NCBI GenBank assembly: GCA_039028615.1
Contig: JBCCHT010000024.1
Coordinates: 1 to 64,000, forward strand
DNA length: 64,000 nucleotides
Source of the DNA: Myxococcota bacterium
GTDB lineage: Bacteria; Myxococcota_A; Polyangia; Nannocystales; Nannocystaceae
Reading direction: 5' to 3'
In this document: piece after piece, positions 40,201 to 49,853 of the stretch
Layout: every line of letters begins with the position of its first letter
How positions within the stretch are numbered: the stretch's first letter is position 1
Translations under genes and position numbers: made by a program
The notes under the pieces: model-generated
What the model saw: only the letters and a program-made list of their open reading frames with translations
The model's database searches: none
Told to the model about the DNA's origin: nothing

Positions 40201-40267
40201 ACAGGCCGAGCGCCAGACCAGCCAGCAGGAGTACGCCGTAGATTTTCGTCTTGCTGCTATCTGCCAT
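37262..40267 (-). CDS. Membrane-anchored protein with carboxypeptidase-regulatory-like repeats and C-terminal PDZ
   Basis: N-terminal TM; repeated I/V-x-GxVxDxxGxPV...GxY units; PGGPASKVGLAVGDEIIEIDG PDZ. Confidence 0.88.
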   Translation of the reverse strand: MADSSKTKIYGVLLLAGLALGLWWWMSGDDDQDAKGSDKAAATAKAGDAAAGGGLAPKALRRSDIDPFKAAKAGIAGTVRDEAGQPIAGAQVCARVEDRDLAGTDRRPPDCTVTRDDGTYRLGELLGAEHRLFASAKGYIPTRYESRTGIQQTLSTRVDLLAGNTREGIDFVLKEGGVEVAGVVKDIAGGVVDGAYVSTGGSWWRGVGGSFTRSDEEGRFSLWVAGPEVDVKAFADGYATGSREVAVPGTFVELFLTPESVIEGKLVWAGTNKPVADAKVSARQWRGASTYSDANGVFRLDGLNPGSYKVRVSGPELTGRSDKRVHVGMGETSETIIIEVHGAVSVRGQVFVDDETPCSFATVRLAEPKSEGNRSYRSGAEEDGSILVSGVLPGTYEVTVTCEGYLGEEEYEDIVIADASVDGLRWSVHEARAIRGRVIDDKGEPVKGARVSANMKADENDPRGRRVNAYGARSDGKGNYEIAGLLPGKYEVGASHDDYPRRDDPIEASVEAGVDTSDIEIELPTGGNVEGTVRDQNGAPVAQVNVFLQGPRWGGGVQTNDEGAFVIENAAAGDYRIQARRGWSEKMRAPGASDDDQAGERIQIAAGETTTVDLVVESQNGRITGRVVDESGEPVIDAFVHASRQSDSVAASKQGGRGMARWGNWNEKPILTDEDGRFELEHLAAEGTYIVVANRKGGGRGMTEDVAVGTDVEVSIAETGEINGIVKLEGGGFPESFRVQVSDRTKGNYASDDFFRTDGKLQFDNLAPGTYEVQANSDEGNAKVTVELTAEAGVATAEIVLKPRVKLIGQLVDAETGEPVSGLRVTASAGGFSFGGMRDTKGDQKDISDEQGRFEVENAATGKVTVMVMAPSFNDSDYGWTWMARRIPTEPREQDIGKVELVKKRLDSGKEAGDLGFKRKALDPDIEPEEARNIVAFVRPGGPASKVGLAVGDEIIEIDGMNVTALNSGRYDKLLRVPPGTTLKLGLTGGKTLTLTSGPPV

Positions 40268-40344
40268 GGACCCCAGTCGTCTCGGCTATGAAACCACGAC
40301 TTTGGCTCTTGGTTTCAACCCCGCGGCAAAACGACCCCTTGGCG

Positions 40345-41265
40345 TCAGTCGGACGCCGGCTCCGTATCGAAGACCCACTGGGAGGGTTTGACCTTTTCCG
40401 CAATGAAATCCAGGAACGTGCGGACGGCGGGGCTCAAATGATGTCGGCTGGGGTACAGCGCATGCACGGTGCTATGCGTATCGCCCCACTCACGTAGCAG
40501 GGGCACGAGGGTTCCCGCGCGAAGGCCCTCGCAGCACAAGAATCCGGGCAGGTGCGCGATGCCGAGCCCCGCCTGGCAGGCCTGGAGTGCCACCGGGTAG
40601 CTGTTGACGACGAGCTTGCCCGTGATCGGCACCGAAAACGACTGGCCGTCGGCGTCCTCGAACACCCACGGCGTGCGGGTGCGGTCGGGACTGAAGGCGA
40701 CGCACTGGTGGTCTCGCAGATCACGAGGCGTCTGCGGTCGGCCGTGCTCCTCGAGGTAGGCCGGGCTCGCGCAGACGTAGCGAGGGGCGGGGGCCAGCTT
40801 GCGCACGATGTGCCCCGAGGGCTCCAGCGGCCCCACGCGAATCGCGAGATCGAAGCCCTCCGCGACCAGGTCCACCCGACGGGTGGCGAGGTACATGTCG
40901 AGCTCGACCTTGGGGTACTGCCGCAGATACTCGAGGCACCACTCCCCGAGGTAGGTCTCCGCCATCAGCACCGACGTGGTGAAGCGGAGCTTGCCCTGCG
41001 GCTCGACGCCCTGCGAGCTGATGCTGGCGGTCGCGTCCTCGAGCTGCCCGATGAGCTCCCGACACCGCTCGTAGTAAGTGCGCCCCGCTTCGGTCAGGCT
41101 GAGCTTGCGCGTGCTGCGTTGGAGCAGCCGCACACCCAGCGAGGCCTCGAGCTCATCCACCCGGCGGGCCACGGTGGACTTGGGGATCTCGGCCGCCCGC
41201 GCGGCGCCCACGAAGGTGCCCGCCTCGACGACCTTGACGAAGATGGTGATGGCGTTGAGATCCAC
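40345..41265 (-). CDS. LysR family regulator (CrgA-like)
   Basis: FVKVVEAGTFVGAAR...LEASLGVRLLQRSTRKLSLTEAG; DLVAEGFDLAIR. Confidence 0.95.
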   Translation of the reverse strand: MDLNAITIFVKVVEAGTFVGAARAAEIPKSTVARRVDELEASLGVRLLQRSTRKLSLTEAGRTYYERCRELIGQLEDATASISSQGVEPQGKLRFTTSVLMAETYLGEWCLEYLRQYPKVELDMYLATRRVDLVAEGFDLAIRVGPLEPSGHIVRKLAPAPRYVCASPAYLEEHGRPQTPRDLRDHQCVAFSPDRTRTPWVFEDADGQSFSVPITGKLVVNSYPVALQACQAGLGIAHLPGFLCCEGLRAGTLVPLLREWGDTHSTVHALYPSRHHLSPAVRTFLDFIAEKVKPSQWVFDTEPASD

Positions 41266-41379
41266 GGCCCGCGTCGACCATAGCCAATCTTCCCAGCCGC
41301 AGGAATCTGCTTCCCACCCGTGGGTCGATGGCCCCGGGCTGCCCCGTGGCATGGTGGTGGCTCCGGCGAGGAGGAGACC

Positions 41380-42318
41380 GTGGCCCTACCGATTACGCTC
41401 GATCAGCTCGAGGTGTTCAGCGTCGTTGCCCGCACGGGAGGGTTTGCCGACGCGGCGCGGGAGCTGTCTCGGACCCAGTCCGCGGTCAGCAAGGCCATCG
41501 CGGCCATGGAGAGGCTGCTCGACTTCAAGCTCTTCGTTCGCTCCGCGCAAGGGGCCCGCTTGACCACCGAAGGCGTGTCCATGCTGGCCAGCGCGCGATC
41601 GGTGCTGGACACCGCCAGCATGTTCCAGGCCGACGCCTCGCGGGTGGGCTCGGCCGCGGCCGAAGGGGTGATCTCGGTGGCCATCGACGTCTTCTGCCCC
41701 GGGGCGCCCGTATTCGACGCCCTGGGCGCGCTCGAGCAGCAGTTCCCGGGGACGGCGGTGGTCGTGCGCACCGAGCAGCTGGCCTGGCTGTCGCGCCTGG
41801 TGCAGGGCGGGACCTGTGCGCTCGGCGTCTGCGGTCCGCGGGGGGTCGACCATCGCGAGCTCGACTCCGAATTCTTGGGCACGACCTGGATGGTGCCCGT
41901 CTGCAGCGCGGAGCACCCGGTGGCGGACCTCATGGCCGAGCGCGGGGCCGTCTCGCGGGAGGCCCTGGCCGCGCACACCCACCTTTACCTCACCGAGCGT
42001 GCGGACTGGCAGGAAGAGTCCGCGCCCGCACCCAACGAGGGGGTGACCGAGCGCCGCTGGTGGAAGCTCAGCGACCTCCACACCAAGCACCAATGCCTCC
42101 GCCGCGGCTTCGGCTGGGGGATGATGCCGCTGCACGTGGTGCAGCCGGAGCTCGACGCAGGAACGCTCGTTCGCTTGCGCATCGAAGGGCGAAGGGAGCA
42201 GTGGCCGCACGAGCACTACCTGGTGCGTCGGAGGGGCGAAGCCATGGGTCCGGTGGCTGAATTCCTCTACGCGCGACTGCGGGAAAACCTGCACCAGGGC
42301 TCGAAGACGGCCGAGTAG
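41380..42318 (+). CDS. LysR family regulator
   Basis: TLDQLEVFSVVARTGGFADAARELSRTQSAVS; SD GAGGAG before GTG 41380. Confidence 0.93.
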   Translation: MALPITLDQLEVFSVVARTGGFADAARELSRTQSAVSKAIAAMERLLDFKLFVRSAQGARLTTEGVSMLASARSVLDTASMFQADASRVGSAAAEGVISVAIDVFCPGAPVFDALGALEQQFPGTAVVVRTEQLAWLSRLVQGGTCALGVCGPRGVDHRELDSEFLGTTWMVPVCSAEHPVADLMAERGAVSREALAAHTHLYLTERADWQEESAPAPNEGVTERRWWKLSDLHTKHQCLRRGFGWGMMPLHVVQPELDAGTLVRLRIEGRREQWPHEHYLVRRRGEAMGPVAEFLYARLRENLHQGSKTAE

Positions 42319-42412
42319 AGGGGGTATTCCACCGGCTCCGGGGAGGCGAGAACCCTATTCGCTACCGGGCTCGACAGGTCGTCGCTATCCCGAGGATCGA
42401 AGGAACGATCCC

Positions 42413-43612
42413 ATGAACGACTTCCACTTCATGCGTCACACTCTCGCGTCCGTTGCCGCCATGAGCTTGCTCGCCGCCTGTCCCTCCGACGACGGCGAGG
42501 GGCCCGAGGACGCCCAAGAGGCCAGCACCAGCGAGCCGGCGACCGAGCCCGCCGAGAGCACGGGGGGCGAGCAGCCCGGCACCAGCGATGGCGAGGCGAC
42601 CGACGCCACCGAAGGCGAGACGGCCGACTCTTCCGAGGGCGGCGACACGACCGGTGCCTTCGGAGACTACGAGCCCAACTGTGATGGCACCTTCGAGGTG
42701 ACCGCGCCCGATCCCAACTATCCGTGGACGCCGCTGTCCATCCAGCTCGCCTCCGAGGAGCTGAGCCCCGGCGTGTTCGTGGCCTACGACGAGCGTGCGC
42801 TCGAGCTGACGCCCGAGCAGGCGCCCTTGGCCACCAGCGCGGGCTTCATCATCGGCGAGGACGGGGTGTTGCTCGTCGAGTCGATGATCAACCAGCAGCT
42901 CGCCTGTCAGCTCTACGACCTCGTGCGCGAGCAGACGGAGCTGCCCATCCTGTACATCGTCAACACCAGCCACCACGGCGACCACAGCTACGGCAACCAC
43001 TTCTTCGGCCCCGACACGCAGATCGTCCAGCACGAAGAGACGGCCGACTTCATCAGCCAGCACTTCGAGGCCGACCGCGCCTGGATGATCCAGAACTTCG
43101 GCGCCAACCAAGGCATGGAAGAGGTGCAGCCGCGCGAGGCCGACGTTCGCGTGGGCGAGGAGGGCTGGTCGGTCGATCTCGGTGGCGTGACCGTCGAGGC
43201 CCGCTACTTCGGCTTCGGCCAGACCCACGGTGACCTGTGGGTCTGGCTCCCCGACCAGCACGTGCTGTGGGCCGGCAACGCCCAGGTCAGCGGCAACCCG
43301 GGCTTGCCCTGGTTGCTCGACGGCAACGGCGAGGCCTCCATGGCCACCACCCAGAACGTGGCCGACTTCTTGCCGCCGGATGCCATCGTCATCCCCGGGC
43401 ACGACGCGCCGCAGACCCCGGACGTCTTCGACTTCACCATCGACTACCTGCAGACCTTGCTCTTCGAGGTCGGCGAAGCGGTCGATGCCGGCCTGAGCCT
43501 CGAGGAGACCCTGGCCACGGTGACGATGGACGACTTCCGGGGCTACGTGCTCTTCGACTGGGTGCACCCGGTGATCAACGTGACCAATACCTACGGCGAC
43601 CTGACCGAGTAG
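42413..43612 (+). CDS. MBL-fold metallohydrolase, lipoprotein
   Basis: Lipobox LAAC; acidic tether; NTSHHGDHSYGN, GQTHGD, WAGN, IPGH. Confidence 0.88.
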   Translation: MNDFHFMRHTLASVAAMSLLAACPSDDGEGPEDAQEASTSEPATEPAESTGGEQPGTSDGEATDATEGETADSSEGGDTTGAFGDYEPNCDGTFEVTAPDPNYPWTPLSIQLASEELSPGVFVAYDERALELTPEQAPLATSAGFIIGEDGVLLVESMINQQLACQLYDLVREQTELPILYIVNTSHHGDHSYGNHFFGPDTQIVQHEETADFISQHFEADRAWMIQNFGANQGMEEVQPREADVRVGEEGWSVDLGGVTVEARYFGFGQTHGDLWVWLPDQHVLWAGNAQVSGNPGLPWLLDGNGEASMATTQNVADFLPPDAIVIPGHDAPQTPDVFDFTIDYLQTLLFEVGEAVDAGLSLEETLATVTMDDFRGYVLFDWVHPVINVTNTYGDLTE

Positions 43613-43623
43613 CGGAGACGGTA

Positions 43624-43658
43624 GAGCACGGGGCGGGGGAGTCCCTCGCCCCGTGCTC
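43624..43658. terminator. GC-rich hairpin between convergent genes
   Basis: GAGCACGGGGCG...CGCCCCGTGCTC 12-bp perfect stem; no U-tract. Confidence 0.6.
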
Positions 43659-43675
43659 GAAATTCGGGCCGAGCT

Positions 43676-45013
43676 TCAGGCGGTGGGGTCGACGACGCGA
43701 CCCATGAACAACACCGCGCCCGAGACCCGGTCACGCACGAAGAAGAGGAAGGGCCGGTCGACGATGAACTCGGCCGGGTCCTGAGGCATCGAGGTGGGGA
43801 CCATCATGTCGGCGGTGGCGGCCGCCGCCTCGGTGCCCTGCTCGTCGACCTCGATGAAGGCCTGGTGGTACGCGTCGTGGATGTACAGGCCCTTGTTGCC
43901 GGGGAGCATCCCGTAAAACTCAGCACGGTGGGCCTCGAAGGCCCGGTGCACCCCCATGGCGTTCAGCGTCTTCCGCAAGGAGATGGACGGCGGGGTGAGC
44001 TTGAACTTGGGCAGTCCCACCTGCACGGCCCGCATGGCGCTGCGGTCCTCGAGCGTTTCGACCCATCGCGCCAACGTGGCCTCGCTCAGGCCGGCCTCGA
44101 CCGATGCGAGCCCCGTTGGTTCGGTGGGGCGCACGATGAGCATCGCGAGCCGGTCGCCGAGATAGGGGAGCTGCACGAAGTCGACGCCCGCGTCGGGGTC
44201 TTCGGCGTAGGCCAACGAGCGCATCAAGGAGCGCATCATCGGGACCTCGACATCGCCGCGGGGGGTATGGAAGGCCTGAGGGCGAGTCTTGCCGGGCATG
44301 AAGGGGCGGTGCCACCCCGCCTTGAAGTAGATGGCGTTGACCAGGGTCAGGCGGGTCTCGCTGCTGACGGAGCCCTCGGGCAGCACCTCGACGATGCGGT
44401 CTCGTGTTTGCTCGGCGACCCACGCGTTGATGCTGCGCCGAGATCCATCGGCGTCGTGGCGGAAATCCATCGTGACCAGCGGCGCTCGGTAGGCGGAGTC
44501 GGTGAACTCGATGAACTCGGGATCGATGGGCTCGGACTGCTCCCCGTAGAGTCGGTTGGCGATCGTCAGCTCGAGTTGTTTGAGGGTGTCCCAGTCGGTC
44601 AACAGCCCCGAGAACCCGTGGTGGATGGTGGCGGCGTCACCTCGCGGGGCGGGCGGAAAGTGGAAGGCCCGCGCCAGCTCCTCGGCGGTTTCGCCATTAC
44701 TGCCACCGAAGGCCATGCCGAACGCCATGGAGATGCTGGCGGGCGAGAACACCAGGTTGCTGGCGTTGCCCGTGGCGAGGGCCTGGCGGTGGAAATCGAT
44801 GGCGAACGCGTTGATGGAGGTTGCGGCGTCCGCTGCCACCACGGGGTCGCTCGGTAGGGATGCGGGCGGCTCGGACGGGGCCGGCGTGCCGGGTTCAGAC
44901 ACGGTTGCGGGGGCGCTCGGGCTCGCGCTAGGCGGAGCGGCGGGCCGGCATGCGGAGCCGACGAGCGAGACCAGGGACAACGAGAGCGGGAGGAGCCGAG
45001 TACAGCGAGACAT
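43676..45013 (-). CDS. Serpin, lipoprotein
   Basis: NLVFSPASI, LVNAIYFKAGW, hinge EQGTEAAAAT, FIVDRPFLF, LFMGRVVDP. Confidence 0.96.
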   Translation of the reverse strand: MSRCTRLLPLSLSLVSLVGSACRPAAPPSASPSAPATVSEPGTPAPSEPPASLPSDPVVAADAATSINAFAIDFHRQALATGNASNLVFSPASISMAFGMAFGGSNGETAEELARAFHFPPAPRGDAATIHHGFSGLLTDWDTLKQLELTIANRLYGEQSEPIDPEFIEFTDSAYRAPLVTMDFRHDADGSRRSINAWVAEQTRDRIVEVLPEGSVSSETRLTLVNAIYFKAGWHRPFMPGKTRPQAFHTPRGDVEVPMMRSLMRSLAYAEDPDAGVDFVQLPYLGDRLAMLIVRPTEPTGLASVEAGLSEATLARWVETLEDRSAMRAVQVGLPKFKLTPPSISLRKTLNAMGVHRAFEAHRAEFYGMLPGNKGLYIHDAYHQAFIEVDEQGTEAAAATADMMVPTSMPQDPAEFIVDRPFLFFVRDRVSGAVLFMGRVVDPTA

Positions 45014-45096
45014 GGGGGTGCGGGTCGGAACGCATCGTAGAGACTTTCGCTTTCAGAGAACGTCGATTTGCGTCCCTGATGGGGCAAAACCGGCCC

Positions 45097-46170
45097 TCAT
45101 CGCTTGCGGCGGTCGAGCACCACCCGGTAGGCGGGGGTCCGAGTCTTCCGCCCGTTGGCCTCGGTGGCCCGGGCGAAGAACTTGCGGGCACCGCCCGTGC
45201 TCGGGGTCAGCGTGAACACGTAGGTCGAGCCGCGTCGCTCACACTCGAAGGGGATGGGCCCCGCCTCGCCACACTTCAGCGTGTAGCCGCGGCGGGCGTA
45301 CCAGAACAGCTCCACCGTCTCGACCTGGGCATCGCCCACGTCGACGTAGACGGAGAACTCGCGGCCGGCCATGGCATCGGCCGAGCGGCGGACCTCCATG
45401 TGGGGCCGCACCGAGGCGAGCTGGGTGGGCGGCTGCGCGGGGGCGAGGGGCTCGACGACGCTCGGCGTCCGGGTGCCCACCGCGTGCGCCAGGTGGTGGT
45501 GCGAGTTCTGGGAGTGCTCGCCGTTTTCACACTCGCGGTCTTCCCACTCGCCGCAGGGGGCGTGGGCGAGCCGGAACTCCTTGGGGCCACACTGCTCGTA
45601 GCTCATGATGTCCGAGCAGTCGCGGGAGTGATCGAGGCCGAGGGTATGGCCGATCTCGTGGGCGGCCGTCTCGCACAGGGCCCGGGTGTTCACGCCGCGC
45701 GGCTGGAACACGAACACGACCGAGTTCTCGAGCACGCGATTGGCGTGGGGAGCGATGCCGCCGACGGTCTCGGCGAAGCCGAGCAGGTCGGGCTTGCCGC
45801 CGACGTAGGCAACGGAATACGCACCACTCTCCGGGGCCTCGTCGACGACCTCGACGTCGAAGCCGTCGAAGCGATCCTGGACACAGCGGACGAAGCTGTC
45901 CCACTGCGCGTCGCTGCCCCGGAAGGCGGGGATCTGCGCCGAGTGCATGCCCTGGCGCGATAGGATTCCCGACAGCGCGCGACTGGGATCGTCGTCCTCG
46001 GCGGCGTAGACGGTGCCGCCATCGCGGTGCAAGACCACGGTGACGGGAACGGGACCGCGCGCGAGGCCGGGCAAGGCCCATCCGCGGTCGTGTGCAACGG
46101 CGAGGGTGGCGACGCCGACCGCTGCCGTCGTCGTCAATCCCGCGAGCACTCCAAGTAAGACCCTGGCCAC
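45097..46170 (-). CDS. Matrixin-like zinc metalloprotease (metzincin)
   Basis: HEIGHTLGLDH and Met-turn DIMSY; N-terminal signal or TM. Confidence 0.85.
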   Translation of the reverse strand: MARVLLGVLAGLTTTAAVGVATLAVAHDRGWALPGLARGPVPVTVVLHRDGGTVYAAEDDDPSRALSGILSRQGMHSAQIPAFRGSDAQWDSFVRCVQDRFDGFDVEVVDEAPESGAYSVAYVGGKPDLLGFAETVGGIAPHANRVLENSVVFVFQPRGVNTRALCETAAHEIGHTLGLDHSRDCSDIMSYEQCGPKEFRLAHAPCGEWEDRECENGEHSQNSHHHLAHAVGTRTPSVVEPLAPAQPPTQLASVRPHMEVRRSADAMAGREFSVYVDVGDAQVETVELFWYARRGYTLKCGEAGPIPFECERRGSTYVFTLTPSTGGARKFFARATEANGRKTRTPAYRVVLDRRKR

Positions 46171-46321
46171 GAAACGATCGACGTGAGGCGGCGCTGGTCA
46201 TTCGTAAAGCGGGCGCAAAGCGCACCTTGCCCCACCGTGGCGCGTCGCCACACATGCCGATAGGGCCACGATCCATGGGTCCTATGCCCCATTTGCACTC
46301 CCTTCGTGGTACGGAATCGAC

Positions 46322-48811
46322 ATGAAGTACGGATGGCTCGGGGCGGCGGCGGGGTTGGCGTTGGCGTTGGGCGGCTGTGGCGACGACGCGCCGGCCATGG
46401 CCGAGGGCAGCGCCTCGTCCAGCGGTGGTGCCGTGGGGACCTCGACCTCCGGGGCGGCCGATTCCACGGGGACCGACGACGGGCCGGCCGACAGCTCGTC
46501 GGGCGAGGAGCCCGAGCCCGTGCCCGAGCCGCCTCCGGTCGCGCCATTCTTCGAGCCCGAGATCGTCGAGGTGCCGGTGTGGATCACCGCGCCCGTCGAC
46601 GACAACCCCGACCTCGTACGCGAGGCCATCGACACCGGGGTGTTCACGCTGCCCGAGGTGGGCGAGGCGTACGGCTCGACCTGGTCGGAGCACGTGCCGG
46701 GGGAAAACGGAGAGCTCATCGCGGCCTCGGCCGATTCGCTCTACGCCGCGGCCGAGATCGAGGTGCCGGACGACCGCTTCGTGTTCGTGCGCGACGACAC
46801 CGTGCGCACCATGTTCACCAACAACACCAACCCGCAGCCGGGGGACGTGTATGCGAGCGGCCGAACGCGGGTGCCCTTGGCGGTGCAGGGCGACCCGGCC
46901 ACCGACTTGGTGATCGTGCAGGCCTACGGGCGTCGCGGTACGCCCGAGGTCCAGCTATGGAGCACGCCCGACGAGCTGTCCTTCAACTTCGCCGACATGA
47001 CCCTGCCGCAGTACCCGGTGGGGGATGGTTCCGAGCAGTACGTCGGGGTGCCGATCCTCAACAACACCTCGAGTGACACCCGGCATCTGCGGGCGCACGT
47101 GATCGAGAACGAGTACTTCGAGGAGACGATCATCGAGTACCCGGGGCTGCCCGCGATCTCGGCCTCGCAGATCGCCTTCCGGCTGCAGCCCAAGGCGCCC
47201 TTCGACACCGAGGGCATGGAGGTCCCCGCGATCCTGCGCATCGAGCCGCTGTGGTTCGAGCACTCGTACGAGCGCGAGGTCATGGTCCAGACCGTCTCCG
47301 ACGACGCGGTCTACCGCCGCACCCGACGCTCGGAGGTCGATGGCTCGGTGCAGTTTTACGGCGTGCGGCCCCCGGTGGAGGTCGAGCCCGAGCACAACTA
47401 CGGGCTCATCCTCACCCTGCACGGGGCGGGCGTCGGCGGGGCGGGGCAGGCCGCGGCGTACTCCTCGAAGCAGTGGGCGTACATCATCGCGCCGACCAAC
47501 CGCCGCCCCTTTGGCTTCGACTGGGAAGAGTGGGGCCGGCTCGACGCGCTCGAGGCCCTCGAGCACGCGGAGTCGTTCTTCTCCATCGACCCGCAGCGGA
47601 TTCACCTCACCGGACACTCGATGGGCGGCCACGGCACGTGGCAGCTCGGCGTGCACTACCCGACTCGGTTCCGCGTGATCGCCCCGAGCGCAGGCTGGAT
47701 CTCGTTCGATACTTACGGCTCGCTGGGCATTCCCGACGGCGTGCCCGGGGCGGCTCGGGCCGCGAGCAAGACCATCGAGTACATCACCAACTTCGAAAAG
47801 AGCCCCGTCTACATCATCCACGGCACGGCCGACGACAATGTGCCGTCCTTTCAGGCGCAGACCATGTTCGACGCGCTGCAGGGCATCGCGCCCGAGCTTT
47901 GGTACCACGCGCAGCCGGGGGCGGGGCACTGGTGGGACGCCGACCCGACCGAGCCGGGGGCGGACTGCGTCGACTGGGAGCCGATGATCGACGTGATGCG
48001 CGACCGGGCCGTCGACCCCGATCCGCTCGACTTCCGCTTCATCAGCGCGGGGGCCTGGGTCAACCCCGAGCACTCGTACGCGCGGATCTTGTCCGAGGAC
48101 AGCCCGCTGGCGCACCCCGAGCTGCTGTCGACCCTCGACGGCGACGCGGTCACCCTCGAGACCACCAACGTGCGCTCGCTCGAGATCGACGTGGCGCAGC
48201 TTTTGGGGCAGGGCATCACGTCGCTGACCGTCGACGGTGACGATGTGCCGCTGGACGGCAACGTGGTCACGCTGGGGCCCACCACGGGCAAGACCCCCGA
48301 GGTGCACGGACCGCTCAACCAGGTGTTCCACGAGCCGGTCTGCTTCGTCTACGCCGAGGACGGGGCGCCGCAGTATCGCGAGTACGCGGCCTTCCTGACC
48401 TCGTGGTGGTCGGTGATCGGCAACGGCCAGGCGATCACGGTCGAGGTCGGGGACCTGACCTCGGAGATCGAAGAGAACTACAACATCATCCACCTCGGGA
48501 TCCCGCGCGACGAAATCCTCGACTTGCCCGATGCGATGGATTTCGAGCTAGTCGACGGCGGGCTCGTGTTCGGCGGCCAAGAGTTCACCCAGGCCGCGCT
48601 GGCGTTCGTGTATCCGGCCGCGACGGGACGCTTGTCCGCGGTATGGACCACGGCGCCCGGCTTCGAGTACCTGCTGTTCCGCTACATGCCCTTCAGCTCG
48701 CGCAACGGGCAGCCGGACTACTACATCTGGCGCGCCAACAACTTCACGCGGGTGGGCGGCTTCTTCGACGCCGACTGGGAGTTCGATCCGTCGCTGGCCG
48801 AGGTGTACTGA
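46322..48811 (+). CDS. Alpha/beta hydrolase (esterase / S9-like) lipoprotein
   Basis: Lipobox LGGC; LHGAG, GHSMGG nucleophile, HGTADDNVP, GAGHWW. Confidence 0.85.
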   Translation: MKYGWLGAAAGLALALGGCGDDAPAMAEGSASSSGGAVGTSTSGAADSTGTDDGPADSSSGEEPEPVPEPPPVAPFFEPEIVEVPVWITAPVDDNPDLVREAIDTGVFTLPEVGEAYGSTWSEHVPGENGELIAASADSLYAAAEIEVPDDRFVFVRDDTVRTMFTNNTNPQPGDVYASGRTRVPLAVQGDPATDLVIVQAYGRRGTPEVQLWSTPDELSFNFADMTLPQYPVGDGSEQYVGVPILNNTSSDTRHLRAHVIENEYFEETIIEYPGLPAISASQIAFRLQPKAPFDTEGMEVPAILRIEPLWFEHSYEREVMVQTVSDDAVYRRTRRSEVDGSVQFYGVRPPVEVEPEHNYGLILTLHGAGVGGAGQAAAYSSKQWAYIIAPTNRRPFGFDWEEWGRLDALEALEHAESFFSIDPQRIHLTGHSMGGHGTWQLGVHYPTRFRVIAPSAGWISFDTYGSLGIPDGVPGAARAASKTIEYITNFEKSPVYIIHGTADDNVPSFQAQTMFDALQGIAPELWYHAQPGAGHWWDADPTEPGADCVDWEPMIDVMRDRAVDPDPLDFRFISAGAWVNPEHSYARILSEDSPLAHPELLSTLDGDAVTLETTNVRSLEIDVAQLLGQGITSLTVDGDDVPLDGNVVTLGPTTGKTPEVHGPLNQVFHEPVCFVYAEDGAPQYREYAAFLTSWWSVIGNGQAITVEVGDLTSEIEENYNIIHLGIPRDEILDLPDAMDFELVDGGLVFGGQEFTQAALAFVYPAATGRLSAVWTTAPGFEYLLFRYMPFSSRNGQPDYYIWRANNFTRVGGFFDADWEFDPSLAEVY

Positions 48812-48838
48812 GGGCGAACGGAACGGTCGCGGCCGCCC

Positions 48839-49771
48839 TCACGACGGGGTCGGCGCATCGGAGCGGTGTGCGAGTTCGTTGACGATGCCCGCGACGCACA
48901 TATAGCCGTCGTGGGCGGCCGCGGTAATGCCTCCGAAGACCCGCTTGAGATCACCGACGACATACACGCCGTCGACGGCGGTCTTTCCGAAGTCGTCGGC
49001 CTCGTAGTGCTCGGCTCCCATGAAGGGGTGGAGGGCCGTGGGGACCCCCAGGCGCGCGGGTAGGTCGGTCCCCAGTTCGGCATGCGGCTCACCCAAGAAC
49101 CCGACGTCGCGCGCCACGCTGCGCCCATCGGCCAAGACCACGCGGCTCATTTTCCCTTCTCGGTGCTCGAGCCGGTCGATGGGTGCGTCTTCGATCGGGA
49201 TGGCGCGGGCGTCCAGCTGCTCGCGGTCTTCCGGGGTGAGCGGGTGTCCGTTGGTGAACACGATGACGTCGCTCGACCACATGCGAAGCAGGGGCCCCAT
49301 GTGAGCGGCGGCGACCGAGGCGAACACCGCGACGCGGCGATCGGAGAACTCGAAGCCGTCGCAGAACGGGCAGGGGAACACCGTGCACCCGTAGACCGCC
49401 TCGATGTTTTCGATGCCCACCGGGCGCAGGTCGGTCCGAAACCCGGTGGCGAACACGACGCGCTCGGCCAGCCGCTCGTGTCCGGCCGTGGTCACGAGGC
49501 GAAAGCCGCCGTCGGTGGGCACCACGTCTTCGACGCGCTCGGCCACGGTGCGGACGGTGGGGTACTTGTGCAGCTGTGCCTGGGCGATGTCGTGGAGCTC
49601 GGAGGCATGGGCCCCGTCGCGGGTCAGGAAACCGTGGCTGGCGTGGGCGACCGCGTTTCTCGGGTCATTGGCGTCGAGCAGCAGGGCGTTCAGTCGAGCA
49701 CGGCCGGCGACCAGTGTCGCCGCCATGCCCGCCGGACCGCCGCCGATGATGGCGAGCTGAGTGTGGGTCAT
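48839..49771 (-). CDS. NAD(P)/FAD-dependent oxidoreductase, thioredoxin-reductase-like
   Basis: IIGGGPAG, SHGFLTRDG, CPFCDG, GVYVVGD. Confidence 0.9.
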   Translation of the reverse strand: MTHTQLAIIGGGPAGMAATLVAGRARLNALLLDANDPRNAVAHASHGFLTRDGAHASELHDIAQAQLHKYPTVRTVAERVEDVVPTDGGFRLVTTAGHERLAERVVFATGFRTDLRPVGIENIEAVYGCTVFPCPFCDGFEFSDRRVAVFASVAAAHMGPLLRMWSSDVIVFTNGHPLTPEDREQLDARAIPIEDAPIDRLEHREGKMSRVVLADGRSVARDVGFLGEPHAELGTDLPARLGVPTALHPFMGAEHYEADDFGKTAVDGVYVVGDLKRVFGGITAAAHDGYMCVAGIVNELAHRSDAPTPS

Positions 49772-49853
49772 GGAAATGAGCGTGGGTCGCCGCGAGGCCC
49801 GGGCAAAGTGGGCGGGCTTGGCATTCGATCGGCCGATCTTTAGATTCGTCCCC

